A DNA stretch of 64,000 bases from Vicinamibacterales bacterium (GTDB taxonomy: Bacteria; Acidobacteriota; Vicinamibacteria; Vicinamibacterales; UBA8438), in contig CBDCCN010000002.1 in the NCBI GenBank assembly GCA_965214865.1, positions 210,026 through 274,025 of the forward strand, read 5' to 3'. The notes under the pieces are model-generated. The model was not told the DNA's origin, made no database searches, and saw only the letters and a list, made by a program, of their open reading frames with translations. Position 1 is the stretch's first letter, and every line of letters begins with the position of its first letter. Positions 19,023 through 29,382 of this stretch are shown one piece after another. A program made the position numbers and the translations under genes.

Positions 19023-19847
19023 TCATGGCTGGTCTTCGGCCTCGGTCTCCGGCCGGAAGCTCGCGTCGGGCAGGTACCGGACGAGCCACTGCTCGCTGCG
19101 GCGCACGACGCCCGACAGCTTCCCCAGGACTTCCTGCGCCCCGTGCGCGCCGAGGGCGCGGGCCAGCGGCGACCCCTGGTCGAGCGCGGCGAAGCTGCCG
19201 ACGTGGAAGAAGTGGACGTAGCCGCTCTCGCCACCAAAGGTCAGAGCGCCGGAGGTGTGGTGCATCTCCGCCTTCTCGAAGTGCGGCAGCACGTCCCCGG
19301 CCATCACCCGCAGGTAGTCCTGCTCGCGGCCGGAGGCGACCGAGACCACCTGGACGACCGTCAGCGACGGCTCCGCGTCGTCGGGCAGCGGGTTGTCGAG
19401 CCCCGGCGTGGTGCGGAGCGCGTAGGTGGTGCGGTTGGTGATGACGCGCCGGATGCGGCTGATGACGGCGGCGCGCGCGGGATCGGCGTCGGCGGCGCGG
19501 TCGAAGCGCGCGAAGGTGGCGAGCGGGGTCATGACGAGGAACCGGTAGGTGTCGCCGAAGACGGCGGTCCGGCTGACGTTGCGCCAGGGCACGCCGGCTT
19601 CGCGATCGAGGACCGAGAGCTCGCGCTGCGCGGCCAGGAACTCGTCGACGCGGCCGGGATCTACATCGACGATGGTCATCTCGATCCAGGGCGCGACGTC
19701 CTGGGCCGCGGCGGCGCCTGGAACGACGCCGGCCAGGATCAGGACGACAACCATCCACCGCCCTGCCCCGTTCACACGACTTCGCAGGCGTGGCGACAGG
19801 GCGCGGGTCAGGAACCCGCTCGGTTTCTCGACGAGTTCGGTGTTCAT
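19023..19847 (-). CDS. Hypothetical secreted protein
   Basis: A hydrophobic signal-like segment (WMVVVLILAGVVPGAAAAQD) and ordinary globular composition. The start is uncertain. Confidence 0.55.
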   Translation of the reverse strand: MNTELVEKPSGFLTRALSPRLRSRVNGAGRWMVVVLILAGVVPGAAAAQDVAPWIEMTIVDVDPGRVDEFLAAQRELSVLDREAGVPWRNVSRTAVFGDTYRFLVMTPLATFARFDRAADADPARAAVISRIRRVITNRTTYALRTTPGLDNPLPDDAEPSLTVVQVVSVASGREQDYLRVMAGDVLPHFEKAEMHHTSGALTFGGESGYVHFFHVGSFAALDQGSPLARALGAHGAQEVLGKLSGVVRRSEQWLVRYLPDASFRPETEAEDQP

Positions 19848-19935
19848 GAGCTGCACGGCGCGTGTCGCGCTGGGACAGAAGAAGAGACTCGACCCGCTTG
19901 CCGGCAACCGGGGTTGAGGAGACTCCGACCAGCGC

Positions 19936-21795
19936 TCAGCACGACACGCAGTTGTGGTTGTTCTTCGAACCCAGACTTTCCAGCAGCGCCACCGTCTCCG
20001 GTATCGGCGAGACGCGCTGCACCGGACCGTTGGCCATGTCGGCCGTGGTCTGGCCGCGCCGGCTCACGGCGGTCACGTCGCCCCCCTGCTCGACCAGGTA
20101 GAGGATGAGCTCGTTGTCCCCGCGCGCCGCGGCGTGGTGGATGGCGTTGTAGCCGTTGTGGTCCCGCTGGTTGACGTCGGCGCCCAGCTCGACCAGATAC
20201 TCGACCGTGTCCAGCCAGGCGTCCGGCGCATGCCGGTGGGCGTTGCCGGCGAAGCCCTCGCCGTAGCCGACCCCGGAGGCGGCGTGGATCGGATATACCC
20301 CCGGGTCGCCCGCCTTGTACGCCGGCAGGCCGGATGGATCGGGACCCATCGTCGTCAGGTCGGTGGCCACCCACAGGCCGGGCGCGGCCGGCAGCGCCGC
20401 GAACGGGTCCGGTCCGTCGTCGTTCTGCGCCGTGGTGCCGCCCCTCGCTCTGCGCGGCGGCGGCGCCCTGGTGGGAACGTGCGGATCCGCGCCGTGCTCG
20501 ACCAGCAGGCGCATCGCCGGCAGATCGGTCGCGTAGGCGGCGCGCCAGAAGGCGGTGGCGCCCTCGGTGTCGACGAGGCCGCAGTTCCGGTTGCCGCACC
20601 CGCTGTAGACCATGTACCAGGGATGGCGCGTCAGGCGCGCGTCGGGGTCGGCCCCCGCCTCGAGCAGGGCCAGCATGACGTCCAGGTAGGTCGCCTGCTG
20701 GAAGCCGTGCTGCTGCGGCTGCGGGAACCGGGTGCGCGGCTGCCACTCGGCGTTGACGGTCGCCCACAGCGGCGTCACCCCGTTGAGGCTGGACGCGACG
20801 TCGGGGTCGGCCCCGCGCTCGACGAGCATCAGGGCCAGGTCGAACTGGGCGTTGATCGTCGCCATCAGCAGGGGGCCGGTGCCGTCCCCCGCCGATACCC
20901 GGTCGATGTCCGCCCCGCCGTCGAGCAGCGCCGCCGCCGCATCCATGTACCCCTGCCGGGCCGCGTGCAGCAGCGCCGTCAGTCCGCCCTGGGTCTCGAT
21001 GGCGGGCGGCCGCGCGTCGGGATCCTCCTCGGGTTCCGGGGCCTCCCCGGACAGGTAGCGCTCGCGGCCCGCGAGCACCGCAGCCTGGATCTGGCTCGGC
21101 GTCGCCTGCACGTCGCCCGCCTCGAACGCCTCCATCACGCTCCGCTGCCGCCGCTGGGCCTCCGCGGCCAGCCGGCGATCGGCGACGAGATCGACCGTCT
21201 TCGAGGTGACGTCGGGATCGGCCCCGCGTTCCAGCAGCGTGCGGATGGCGTCCACGCGGTCCCGGGCCGCGGCGAAGATCAGCGGCGTCTGACCCCACGC
21301 CGCCTCCCGGGCGTCCACCTCGGCCCCGTGGTCGAGCAGGGCGGTGATCGCGGCGACGCTGCCGGCGGCGGCCGCCAGGTGCAACGGGGTCACGCCGCTG
21401 GTGCTCGTCGCGGCCATCGCGTCCGCTCCCGCCGACAGCAGCAGCTCGACCACCTGCGCATGGCCGGCGGTGCTCGCCACGTGCAGCGGCGTGTAGAGGC
21501 CGATACGCGTCACCGCGTCCACGGTGGCGCCGGCGTGAATCAGCGCCGCGGCCATCTCCGCGTCGCCGCGGTCGGCGGCCCAGTGCAGCGCCGACATGCC
21601 GTCCCCGTGCGCGGCGTTGGCGTCCTCGCCCCGCGCCAGCAACGCCCGCACCGCCGCCGCGGCGCCCTGCCGCGCGGCGTCGGCCACCGGCGTCGCGGCG
21701 GGGGCGGCCGACAAGCCGGCCCCGAGACCGACAACCGCGAGGAGCAGCACCGCGGCCGCGATCCCCGCACGACTCGACGTCGGAATCCGATGCAC
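19936..21795 (-). CDS. Ankyrin-repeat protein with signal peptide
   Basis: GTG at 21795 sits 7 nt after GGAGGG. Signal peptide AAAVLLLAVVGLGAG. Many ANK units (G.TPLH.AA..G....V..LL..GAD). The track ORF extends to 22869, but that part overlaps the DUF1552 gene. Confidence 0.8.
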   Translation of the reverse strand: MHRIPTSSRAGIAAAVLLLAVVGLGAGLSAAPAATPVADAARQGAAAAVRALLARGEDANAAHGDGMSALHWAADRGDAEMAAALIHAGATVDAVTRIGLYTPLHVASTAGHAQVVELLLSAGADAMAATSTSGVTPLHLAAAAGSVAAITALLDHGAEVDAREAAWGQTPLIFAAARDRVDAIRTLLERGADPDVTSKTVDLVADRRLAAEAQRRQRSVMEAFEAGDVQATPSQIQAAVLAGRERYLSGEAPEPEEDPDARPPAIETQGGLTALLHAARQGYMDAAAALLDGGADIDRVSAGDGTGPLLMATINAQFDLALMLVERGADPDVASSLNGVTPLWATVNAEWQPRTRFPQPQQHGFQQATYLDVMLALLEAGADPDARLTRHPWYMVYSGCGNRNCGLVDTEGATAFWRAAYATDLPAMRLLVEHGADPHVPTRAPPPRRARGGTTAQNDDGPDPFAALPAAPGLWVATDLTTMGPDPSGLPAYKAGDPGVYPIHAASGVGYGEGFAGNAHRHAPDAWLDTVEYLVELGADVNQRDHNGYNAIHHAAARGDNELILYLVEQGGDVTAVSRRGQTTADMANGPVQRVSPIPETVALLESLGSKNNHNCVSC

Positions 21796-21815
21796 CGGCC
21801 TTCCCTCCTGGCCCG

Positions 21816-23297
21816 TCAATCGCCGCCTGCGGCTCCGCTTTGCCGCCCAACCAACCTCACCAGTCTGTCTGCACCGTATCTCTGCGGCGCAGACTGGATG
21901 GCGTCCGCCGCGGACAGCGCGAACGTGCCCGTGCTGTCGCCGAAGCGGTCCATCTCCAGCCCCAGCGACTGCATCAGCGTCAGCATCGCGTTCGCCATCG
22001 GCGTCCCGTCCGCCGCCTTCAGGTGCAGGTTGCCGGTCAGGCGGCCGTTGGCCCGGCCGAGCAGGATCAGCGGGCAGCGCCGGTGGTTGTGGATGTTGGC
22101 GTCGGCCATCGGCGAGCCCCAGATGATCGCCGTCTTGTCGAGCAGCGACGCGTCCCCCTCCATGGTGTCCCGCATCTTCTCGAGGAAGTACGGGAGCTGG
22201 CCGACGCGATAGGCGCAGATCGTGTTGAAGTCCATGATCCGCTCTTCGTTGTTCCCGTGGTGCGAGGCGGGGTGGAACGGCCGGTTGGTGCCGCTCTCCG
22301 GGAACACGCGGTTCTGCGCGTCGCGGCCCGTCTTGAACGAGATCACCCGCGTCATGTCCGTTTCCATGGCCAGCACCTGGAGATCGAACAGGAGCTGCAT
22401 GTGCTCGGAGAACGAGTCGGGCACGCCGCGCGGGGCGTCGGGGAGCTCCCGCGTCTCGCCGCCGTCGTTGCGCCCCTCGACCATCTGGATGCGGCGCTCG
22501 ACCTCGCGGACGTCGTCGAGGTAGCGGTCCATGCGGCGCCGGTCCACCGCGCCCAGTTCCCTGCGGACCTCGGCCACGTCGTTCAGGATCCAGTCGAGGA
22601 TGCTGCGACGCGTGGCCCGGCGCTCGGCCCGCTCCTCGGGGGTGCCGCCCGCCCCGAACAGCAGCTCGAACGCCACCCGCGGGTCGCGGATCATCGGCAG
22701 CGGCTCGCTCGGCGACGACCAGCTTATCGAGTCGGTGTAGGCGCACGAGTAGTTGTAGGTGCAGCCGCCCGCCTGGTCCAGGTTCTCGATGCACAACTGC
22801 ATCGACGGCATCGGCGTCGACTGGCCGAACCGCTGCGCGTAGAGCTGGTCGAGCGACGTGCCGACCCACAGGTCCGAGCCCTGGGTCTGCTTCGGATGGG
22901 ACTGCGTCAGGAAGACCGCGGACGAGCGGAAGTGATCACCGCCGATCTCCGGCGGGCTGAACGCCTCGGCCATGCGCACGTCGGTGTTGCTGACGATGGT
23001 CAGGTAGTCGCGGAACGGCTCGAGCGACTTCAGCGCGTTGTCGGGCAGCAGCTCGAAGTCCGCCCCCACCGCGGCCGGCGCGAACAGATGGCGGCTCGCC
23101 CCCCACTCGTTGCAGCCGGGGAGGCCGTGGACCTCCTCGATGCAGACCAGGCGCGTCACGTCCGCCGCGGCCGCCGCGACGGCCCGGCCGAGACGGCCCG
23201 CCGGGGCCATCGCGTCGAGGAACGGCAGCGCCACCGTGGCCCCCATTCCGCGCAGGAACGTCCGGCGAGGCAGGTGCTTTCCGGTGATGAACGACAT
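21816..23297 (-). CDS. DUF1552 family protein (Tat signal)
   Basis: The N-terminus MSFITGKHLPRRTFLRGMGATVALPFLDAM is the characteristic DUF1552 start. RBS GAGGAG. Confidence 0.85.
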   Translation of the reverse strand: MSFITGKHLPRRTFLRGMGATVALPFLDAMAPAGRLGRAVAAAAADVTRLVCIEEVHGLPGCNEWGASRHLFAPAAVGADFELLPDNALKSLEPFRDYLTIVSNTDVRMAEAFSPPEIGGDHFRSSAVFLTQSHPKQTQGSDLWVGTSLDQLYAQRFGQSTPMPSMQLCIENLDQAGGCTYNYSCAYTDSISWSSPSEPLPMIRDPRVAFELLFGAGGTPEERAERRATRRSILDWILNDVAEVRRELGAVDRRRMDRYLDDVREVERRIQMVEGRNDGGETRELPDAPRGVPDSFSEHMQLLFDLQVLAMETDMTRVISFKTGRDAQNRVFPESGTNRPFHPASHHGNNEERIMDFNTICAYRVGQLPYFLEKMRDTMEGDASLLDKTAIIWGSPMADANIHNHRRCPLILLGRANGRLTGNLHLKAADGTPMANAMLTLMQSLGLEMDRFGDSTGTFALSAADAIQSAPQRYGADRLVRLVGRQSGAAGGD

Positions 23298-23324
23298 GGT
23301 TTCTCCTCTTGCCCGGTCGCGCGT

Positions 23325-25730
23325 TCAGTCGCCCCGCTTGCGCTGGAACGCATCGCTTCTCACAACGCCCATGATGAACGACGCCATCCGGTAGTCGTCC
23401 GCCTCGGCCCCGCGCGCGACGGCGCGGACCGTCGGCTGATCGAAATGCTCGACCCGCCGGCCGGCGGCGAACGCCAGCAGGTTCTCCGTGAAGGTGCGCA
23501 CCAGCGGGATCGGCCGCGCCAGCAGCGCGTCGACCAGCTCGCTCGGGGACGTCACCGGGGTGCCGTCGTAGTAGTCGCCGCGCGTGTCGAGCGGGACCCC
23601 GTTCTCGCGCAGGCGCCACCTGGCCGTGACGTCGAAGTTGTCGAGGGCCAGCCCGATCGGATCGATCAGCCGGTGACACGAGCTGCAGCTCGGGTTCGAC
23701 CGGTGCGCCTCCATCCGCTCGCGGGTGGTCAGGCGCCGGCCGTCCCGGACCCCCTCGGTGTCCTCCAGGGCCGGGATGTCGGGCGGCGGAGGCGGAGGCG
23801 GGGTGCCGAGCAGCACCTCCATCACCCACTTGCCCCGCAGCACCGGCGAGGTGCGGTTGGCGAGCGACGTGAGGACGAGCATGCTGCCGTGGCCCAGAAT
23901 CCCGCGGCGCGTGTCGTCGGGGTACCGCACGCGCCGGAAGTGGCGCCCCGCCACGCCCGGAATCCCGTAGTGGCGCGCGAGCCGCTCGTCGACGAACGTG
24001 TAGTCGGCCCGGTAGAGGTCGAGCAGGCTGCGGTTCTCCCGCACCAGGTCGGCGAAGAACAGCTCCGTCTCGCGGCGCATCGCCCGCGCGAGGTTCTCGT
24101 CGTAGTTCGGATAGAAATTGGGGTCCGGCCGGACCTTGTCCATGTCCTGGAGCCGGAACCATTGCCCGGCGAACCGGCGGCCGAGCGCAGCGGCCCGCGG
24201 ATCGGCGAGCATGCGCAGCGCCTGCCGGTCCAGCTCGTCCGGCGACAGGCTTCCGGCGTCGGCCAGCGCCTGCAGCTCGTCGTCCGGCGGGGTGCCCCAC
24301 AGGAAGAACGACAGGCGCGACGCGAGATCGACGTCGCTCAGGCGGTAGCCCCGTTCCGGCGCGTCGACCGGCTCGCGCTCGAGCCGCAGCACGAAGTGGG
24401 GGCTCGCGAGCAGCGCCTCCAGGGCCGTCCGCACGCCCACCTCGAAGCCGCCGGCAGCGGCCCCCTCGTCGAAGAACCGCAGCAGGTCGTCCACCTCGCG
24501 GTCGGTCAGGGTGCGCCGATAGGCCTCGCGGCCCAGCCGGGCGAGGATGCGGCGCGCGCACGGCCGCGCCTCGGCCGGCGCGGTCGGCCGGCAGGTGAAG
24601 ATGCGCCGCCGGCTGGGCGTCTCCGACAGGCCGGTCGCGTTCCGGGGCCCGGTGATGACGAGGTCGCGGACGTGCGGCAGCGTCGTGACGCCCGCCCCGC
24701 CGGAGCCGCCGCCGGCGAAGGACCAGTCGTGCGGGCGGATCAGGTCCTCGTAGGGCCCGTGGTGCCGCCGGATGAAGGCCGCGGCCACCCGATGCGCGCC
24801 GGCCCGGACGAAGACCGGCCGCGTCGCGGTGCTCACCCCGCCCCGGCCGTCCGCGTCGACGCGCCGGTCGGTGTTGTAGTGCAGCAGGGCCACCCGCTCG
24901 CCGTCGATCGAGACGTCGATGTCCTCGATGCGCGTGTTGGCCCCGGAAGTGAAAGTCAATCCGAAGACGTACTCCGCGTCGGCCGGAAACACGTGGTCGA
25001 CCACCAGGCCGCCGCGCGTCCCGTAGGGCGCCCCCGCGACGTGATCCCACGGGTGCTGCGATACGTACTCCGAGTTGGTGTAGGTGTGATCGACGGCCCG
25101 GCCGCCGCGCTCGCCCACCGCGAGCCGGGCGATGGCGCTCGCCGCGTTCAGATACGCCTCCAGCAGTGTGGCCGACAGCGTCTGGGCGTCGGCGATGTTG
25201 TCGAAGTTGGCGCTGACCGGATCGAGCGGCAGCCAGTCGCCGGCGTCCACGTCCAGCACCAGCAGGTCGCGGATGGCCTGTTCGTACTCGGCGCGGTTGA
25301 GGCGCTGGAAGGGCCGGCTGCCCGGATCCGGGGCGAGCGCGGCGGCTTCGTCCAGGCGGCGCTCCAGGGTTTCGACCAGCGTCAACAGCGCGGCGGGGGC
25401 CGGGCGGCGGGGACCCGGCGGCGGCATCATGCCGGCCCGCAGCTTGCGGACCATCCGCTCGGCGACGTCGGCGTGCCCGGCCGCTTCCCTCACGTCGAAC
25501 CGCTGGAGCGACAGGTTGCCGCGCCGGGCGCGGTCGTTGTGGCACGCCATGCAGGTGCCCCGCACCACGCGGTTGGCCTCGGCGTCGACCCGCGCGGTCT
25601 GCGCGACGCGCACCGCCGCCGGTCCCGACTCCGCGGCCGGCGCGGGCTCCGCCGCCGCCGTTCCCACCGCGGCCACCGCTGCCGCAAGCACGACGCCCGG
25701 GCCGACGACGACGGCAACTCTTCGTATCAT
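23325..25730 (-). CDS. DUF1587/DUF1592/DUF1595/DUF1588/DUF1585-type multidomain protein with CxxCH haem-binding motif
   Basis: ATG at 25730, a signal peptide, and CMACHNDRARRGNLSL. It is the usual upstream partner of DUF1552. Confidence 0.8.
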   Translation of the reverse strand: MIRRVAVVVGPGVVLAAAVAAVGTAAAEPAPAAESGPAAVRVAQTARVDAEANRVVRGTCMACHNDRARRGNLSLQRFDVREAAGHADVAERMVRKLRAGMMPPPGPRRPAPAALLTLVETLERRLDEAAALAPDPGSRPFQRLNRAEYEQAIRDLLVLDVDAGDWLPLDPVSANFDNIADAQTLSATLLEAYLNAASAIARLAVGERGGRAVDHTYTNSEYVSQHPWDHVAGAPYGTRGGLVVDHVFPADAEYVFGLTFTSGANTRIEDIDVSIDGERVALLHYNTDRRVDADGRGGVSTATRPVFVRAGAHRVAAAFIRRHHGPYEDLIRPHDWSFAGGGSGGAGVTTLPHVRDLVITGPRNATGLSETPSRRRIFTCRPTAPAEARPCARRILARLGREAYRRTLTDREVDDLLRFFDEGAAAGGFEVGVRTALEALLASPHFVLRLEREPVDAPERGYRLSDVDLASRLSFFLWGTPPDDELQALADAGSLSPDELDRQALRMLADPRAAALGRRFAGQWFRLQDMDKVRPDPNFYPNYDENLARAMRRETELFFADLVRENRSLLDLYRADYTFVDERLARHYGIPGVAGRHFRRVRYPDDTRRGILGHGSMLVLTSLANRTSPVLRGKWVMEVLLGTPPPPPPPDIPALEDTEGVRDGRRLTTRERMEAHRSNPSCSSCHRLIDPIGLALDNFDVTARWRLRENGVPLDTRGDYYDGTPVTSPSELVDALLARPIPLVRTFTENLLAFAAGRRVEHFDQPTVRAVARGAEADDYRMASFIMGVVRSDAFQRKRGD

Positions 25731-25859
25731 GGATACACGCTCCGAGCCACGCGCGGGGTGGCGTATCAGTTTGCCCCGTCTGCGCCCAGGATTCAAGACC
25801 GATGGGCCGAAAACGGCGGCCCGCGTCAGCGCCGGCGCGGCTCGACGTGACACCTGTCC

Positions 25860-25901
25860 GACAGCCGGCGGAGATGTCCCGACAGCCGGCGGAGATGTCG
25901 T
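25860..25901. repeat. Perfect tandem duplication of a 21-bp unit (CCGACAGCCGGCGGAGATGTC x2) in a divergent intergenic region
   Basis: Read directly. It lies between the starts at 25730 (-) and 26059 (+). Confidence 0.9.
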
Positions 25902-26058
25902 CGACCGCGCGCGTGAGGGCGTCCGGAACGCTCGCAGCGCCGCCGACGCGCAGGTTCCCCGCCGGCGCGGAGGGCGATATGATGGGCAGGGCCGCCGCGA
26001 TCCGTGTCGGCCATCCGCAACTTCGCACCCAGTACCAACGCAACCCACGGAGCCCGCC

Positions 26059-27495
26059 ATGCACTTCGTACGCTCGCTCTGGACAACCGCCCTGATCATC
26101 GCCGCCGCGGCCCTGCCGGCCGAGGCGCAGGTGGAGGCCCTGCCCGACCCCGTTCCCGACCCGATCCGGAAGGGCGACCTGATCGTGGAGGCCACCGAGT
26201 TCGTTCGCGCGCCGCGGACCGAGGAGTCGGCCCTGGACGCCATCACGAATCTGGCCTACGCCCGCATCCAGTACCTGACGCCGGTAGGGGACGGCTCGGG
26301 GCGCCTCGTCCTCAACGACCTGCGCGGGCTGCTGTACATGACCGACGAGAACGGGATGGCGCCGGTCACCTACCTGGACGTTCGCACCCGGGACGTCGGC
26401 TTCGACGACTCGATGTTCCCCAACGAGACCGGGCTGGTGGGAGTGGCGTTCCACCCGCAGTTCGCCGACGCCGGCGCGCCGGGGTTCGGCAAGTTCTACA
26501 CCGCGTACAGCGCCCGGTCGGACAGCGGCCGCGCGGACTACCTCGACGGCGACGCCGAAAGCCACGAGAGCGTGATCCGGGAGTGGACGGCCGACGATCC
26601 GCGGGCGAACGTGTTCAGCGGCACGTCGCGGGAGGTCTTCCGGATCGGCCAGTTCGCCGGCAACCACAACGTCGGCGTCATCGCGTTCAATCCCACGGCC
26701 GCCGCGGGATCCCCGGACTACGGGCTCCTGTACGCCAGCCTCGGGGATGCCGGAGCGGCCAACGATCCCCGCGACTTCAGCCAGTCCCTCGGCGAACCCC
26801 ATGGTGCGATCATCCGCATCGATCCCCTCGCCGGCGACGGAAACAGGGGGTACGGCATACCGCCGGACAATCCCTTCGCGGGCGAGGCGGGCGTCGCCCC
26901 CGAGATCTGGGCCTACGGTCTGCGGCATGCGCAGCAGTTCTCCTGGGACACGGACGGGCGGATGTTCCTGGGCGACATCGGCCAGAACTTCGTGGAAGAG
27001 GTCAATCTGGGCGTGCCCGGCGCCAACTACGGCTGGCGGCTCCGGGAGGGCACGTTCGCAACGGGCTACGCGGTCGGAGCCCGGCGCCCGGGACGGGTGT
27101 ATCCGCGCCCGGCGCAGGACGACCGTCCCTTCGTGTATCCCGTAGCCCAGTACGACCACGGCGACGGCAACGCCATCGGCGGCGGGTTCGTCTACCGCGG
27201 CCGGGCCATTCCCGCTCTGCAGGGCAAGTACGTCTTCACCGACTTCCCGCGCGGCCGGGTGCTGTACATCGATGCGGACACGCTCGTGACCGGTCGCCTC
27301 GCCGAAATCCGGGAACTCCGGCTGATAGTGGGCGGCCAGGAACGCGACCTCGTCGAGGTGGCGGGGTTCCCCAACACCTACGGCCGCGGCGACCGGGTGG
27401 ACGCGCGCCTCGGGATCGACTCCGCCGGGGAGCTCTACCTGCTGACGAAGGGTGACGGCTGGGTCCGGAAGCTGGAGCCGGCGCGAGCGCGCTAG
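26059..27495 (+). CDS. Soluble PQQ-dependent sugar (glucose/sorbosone) dehydrogenase family protein
   Basis: Signal peptide. Motifs GLVGVAFHPQF, LYASLGDAG, GYGIPPDNPF and WAYGLRHAQQFSWD. Confidence 0.85.
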   Translation: MHFVRSLWTTALIIAAAALPAEAQVEALPDPVPDPIRKGDLIVEATEFVRAPRTEESALDAITNLAYARIQYLTPVGDGSGRLVLNDLRGLLYMTDENGMAPVTYLDVRTRDVGFDDSMFPNETGLVGVAFHPQFADAGAPGFGKFYTAYSARSDSGRADYLDGDAESHESVIREWTADDPRANVFSGTSREVFRIGQFAGNHNVGVIAFNPTAAAGSPDYGLLYASLGDAGAANDPRDFSQSLGEPHGAIIRIDPLAGDGNRGYGIPPDNPFAGEAGVAPEIWAYGLRHAQQFSWDTDGRMFLGDIGQNFVEEVNLGVPGANYGWRLREGTFATGYAVGARRPGRVYPRPAQDDRPFVYPVAQYDHGDGNAIGGGFVYRGRAIPALQGKYVFTDFPRGRVLYIDADTLVTGRLAEIRELRLIVGGQERDLVEVAGFPNTYGRGDRVDARLGIDSAGELYLLTKGDGWVRKLEPARAR

Positions 27496-27601
27496 GGCGC
27501 CGGGGCCACCGGAGCGCAGGTGCACGGGACGAGGCTCCACGCGGCTCACGCTCGTTACCTGCGCGGCGGTGATGCCGCGCAGGTAACCGTCGGTGGTCGT
27601 G

Positions 27602-28941
27602 TCAGACGGCGGCGAGCGTCTGCGCCATGTTGCCGAGCGCCCGTTCCACCAGTCGGCGCGACGTGGCGATGTTCATCCGCATGCGCCCGGCGCCGCCCAG
27701 GCCGTAGGCGGACCCCGGGTTCAGGTGGATGTGCGCGTGGTCCACCAGGTAGCGCTGGAACTCCAGTTCCGGAGTCGCGGACCCGTCCGCCGCCCGCTGC
27801 ATGCCGGCCGCTTCCATGGCCGCGCCGACGTCGAGCCACGCCAGGTACGTGCCCTCCGGCTTGACGGTCTCCACGCCCGGTACGTTCGAGCGGACGTACG
27901 CCTCGACGAAGTCCTGCGTCCCGTCGATGTACTCCAGAAGCTGGTCGAGCCAGTCCTCGCACTCGTTGTAAGCCGCCTCGGCCGCGACGATCCCGAGGGT
28001 GTTCATCGCCTGCCGGTGCTGTCCGACCCCCCGGATCCGGTCCAGGTAGTCGGGGTGGTCGAGAACAGGTAGGCGCACTTCATCATGGACAGATTGAAGG
28101 ACTTGCTCACCGACTTGTACGTGACGCTGTTGCGGACGACGGCCTCGTCGTCGAGCGTGGCGAACGGCGTGTAGGTATGGCCCTTCGTGACGAAGTCGCA
28201 GTGGATCTCGTCGGCGAGCACCACGACGCGGCGGCGGTTGCAGATCTCGCCGAGGGTCATCAGGTCGGACCGCGACCAGACGTTGCCGGTGGGATTGTGC
28301 GGGTTGCACAGGATGAACGCGTGCGTATCGTGGTCGATGCGGCGCTCCAGATCCTCGAAGTCCATCCGGTAGCGGCCCTTGACGAGTTGCAGCGGGCTCT
28401 CCTCGGCGACGCAGCCGACGACGCGGATGTCGGTGTAGAACCCGTTGTAGCCCGGCGTCTGCATGATCACCTTGCTGCCGGGCGGGCAGAAGGCGCGCAG
28501 GGTGCTGATGATGCCGGGGTGGACGCCGGGCGCGTGCAGAATCGTGTCGGGGTCGATGTCGAGCCCGTAGCGCCGCCGGTTCCAGTCGACGATCGACTCC
28601 TTGTAGGACGCCGGTATCGACAGGTAGCCGTAGTTCTCGTGCCCGATGCGGTCACGCAGGGCCCGGCTGATGGCCGGCGCGATCCGGAAATCCTGGTCGG
28701 CGGTGCCCATGCCGACCTCGATCTTGTCGCGGCCGTAGCGGGCGATCTGGGCGTCCCACTTCGACGAGTCGGTTCCGATACGGTCGTAGATGGTGTCGAA
28801 GTCGTAGCGGTCGCCCCGGCGCTGCACCGCGCCGCCGGCTTCCGCCGCCAGCGGGACCCCGGCGCCGACGGCGCCCGCGACCGCGGTCATGCCGGTACTG
28901 CGCAGGAAGGCGCGCCGGTCGAGCGGACTGAGCTTGGACAT
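27602..28941 (-). pseudogene. PatB/MalY-type PLP-dependent C-S lyase/aminotransferase with Tat signal; frame disrupted near 28070
   Basis: The N-terminal 290 aa are in the 28003..29256 frame (MSKLSPLDRRAFLRSTG.., ..NPHNPTGNVW.., ..SVSKSFNLSMMKCAYL). The C-terminal 150 aa continue in the 27602..28309 frame (LDHPDYLDRIRG...). RBS GAGGAG lies before ATG 28941. Confidence 0.8.
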
Positions 28942-29382
28942 GTGCGGACTCCTCTCGTATTGCCTCGACTCGTATTGCCTCGACGTTCGACCACCGCCGG
29001 CGCGGGCGGCGTCGCCGTCCTGCCGCGCCGGCGCCGTCGTACGCCGTCGATGACAGCATAGATCGACCGGCCGCAGAAACAACTCCCTGGTCTTCGACGC
29101 GCCGACGCTCCGCAGTCGCCGCCTCCCCGTTGCGCCGCGCAGCAACGGTCGAAAATCGAGGCGGTCCTTGCGGATGCCCTGTCCCGCCCTTGACGCTGAC
29201 CACCGCATCGGCAGGCTGGCCCGACCGGCAATCCTGGCGGATGCCGGCGCCAGCACGTATCCTCAAGCAGGAATGTGACGCGCGACGCGCGCCGAGTCGG
29301 CCCGCATCCGAACGGAGGAACCCAACCGCAGGGTCACCTCCCCCGCCGCCAAGGGCGGCCGGCGCACGAGCGGAGGAACCAC

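Noticed and set aside
19936-22869. A single 977-aa ankyrin ORF as given by the track
   Set aside because: The first roughly 358 codons overlap the DUF1552 gene in another frame and look like shadow sequence. A GTG with a strong RBS and a signal peptide at 21795 gives a coherent protein.
21840-27549. Giant ORFs 21840..25850 (+, 1336 aa) and 22936..27549 (-, 1537 aa)
   Set aside because: They run antisense or off-frame across four well-supported genes (DUF1552, DUF1592-type, the sugar dehydrogenase and an intergenic region). Their composition is shadow-like.
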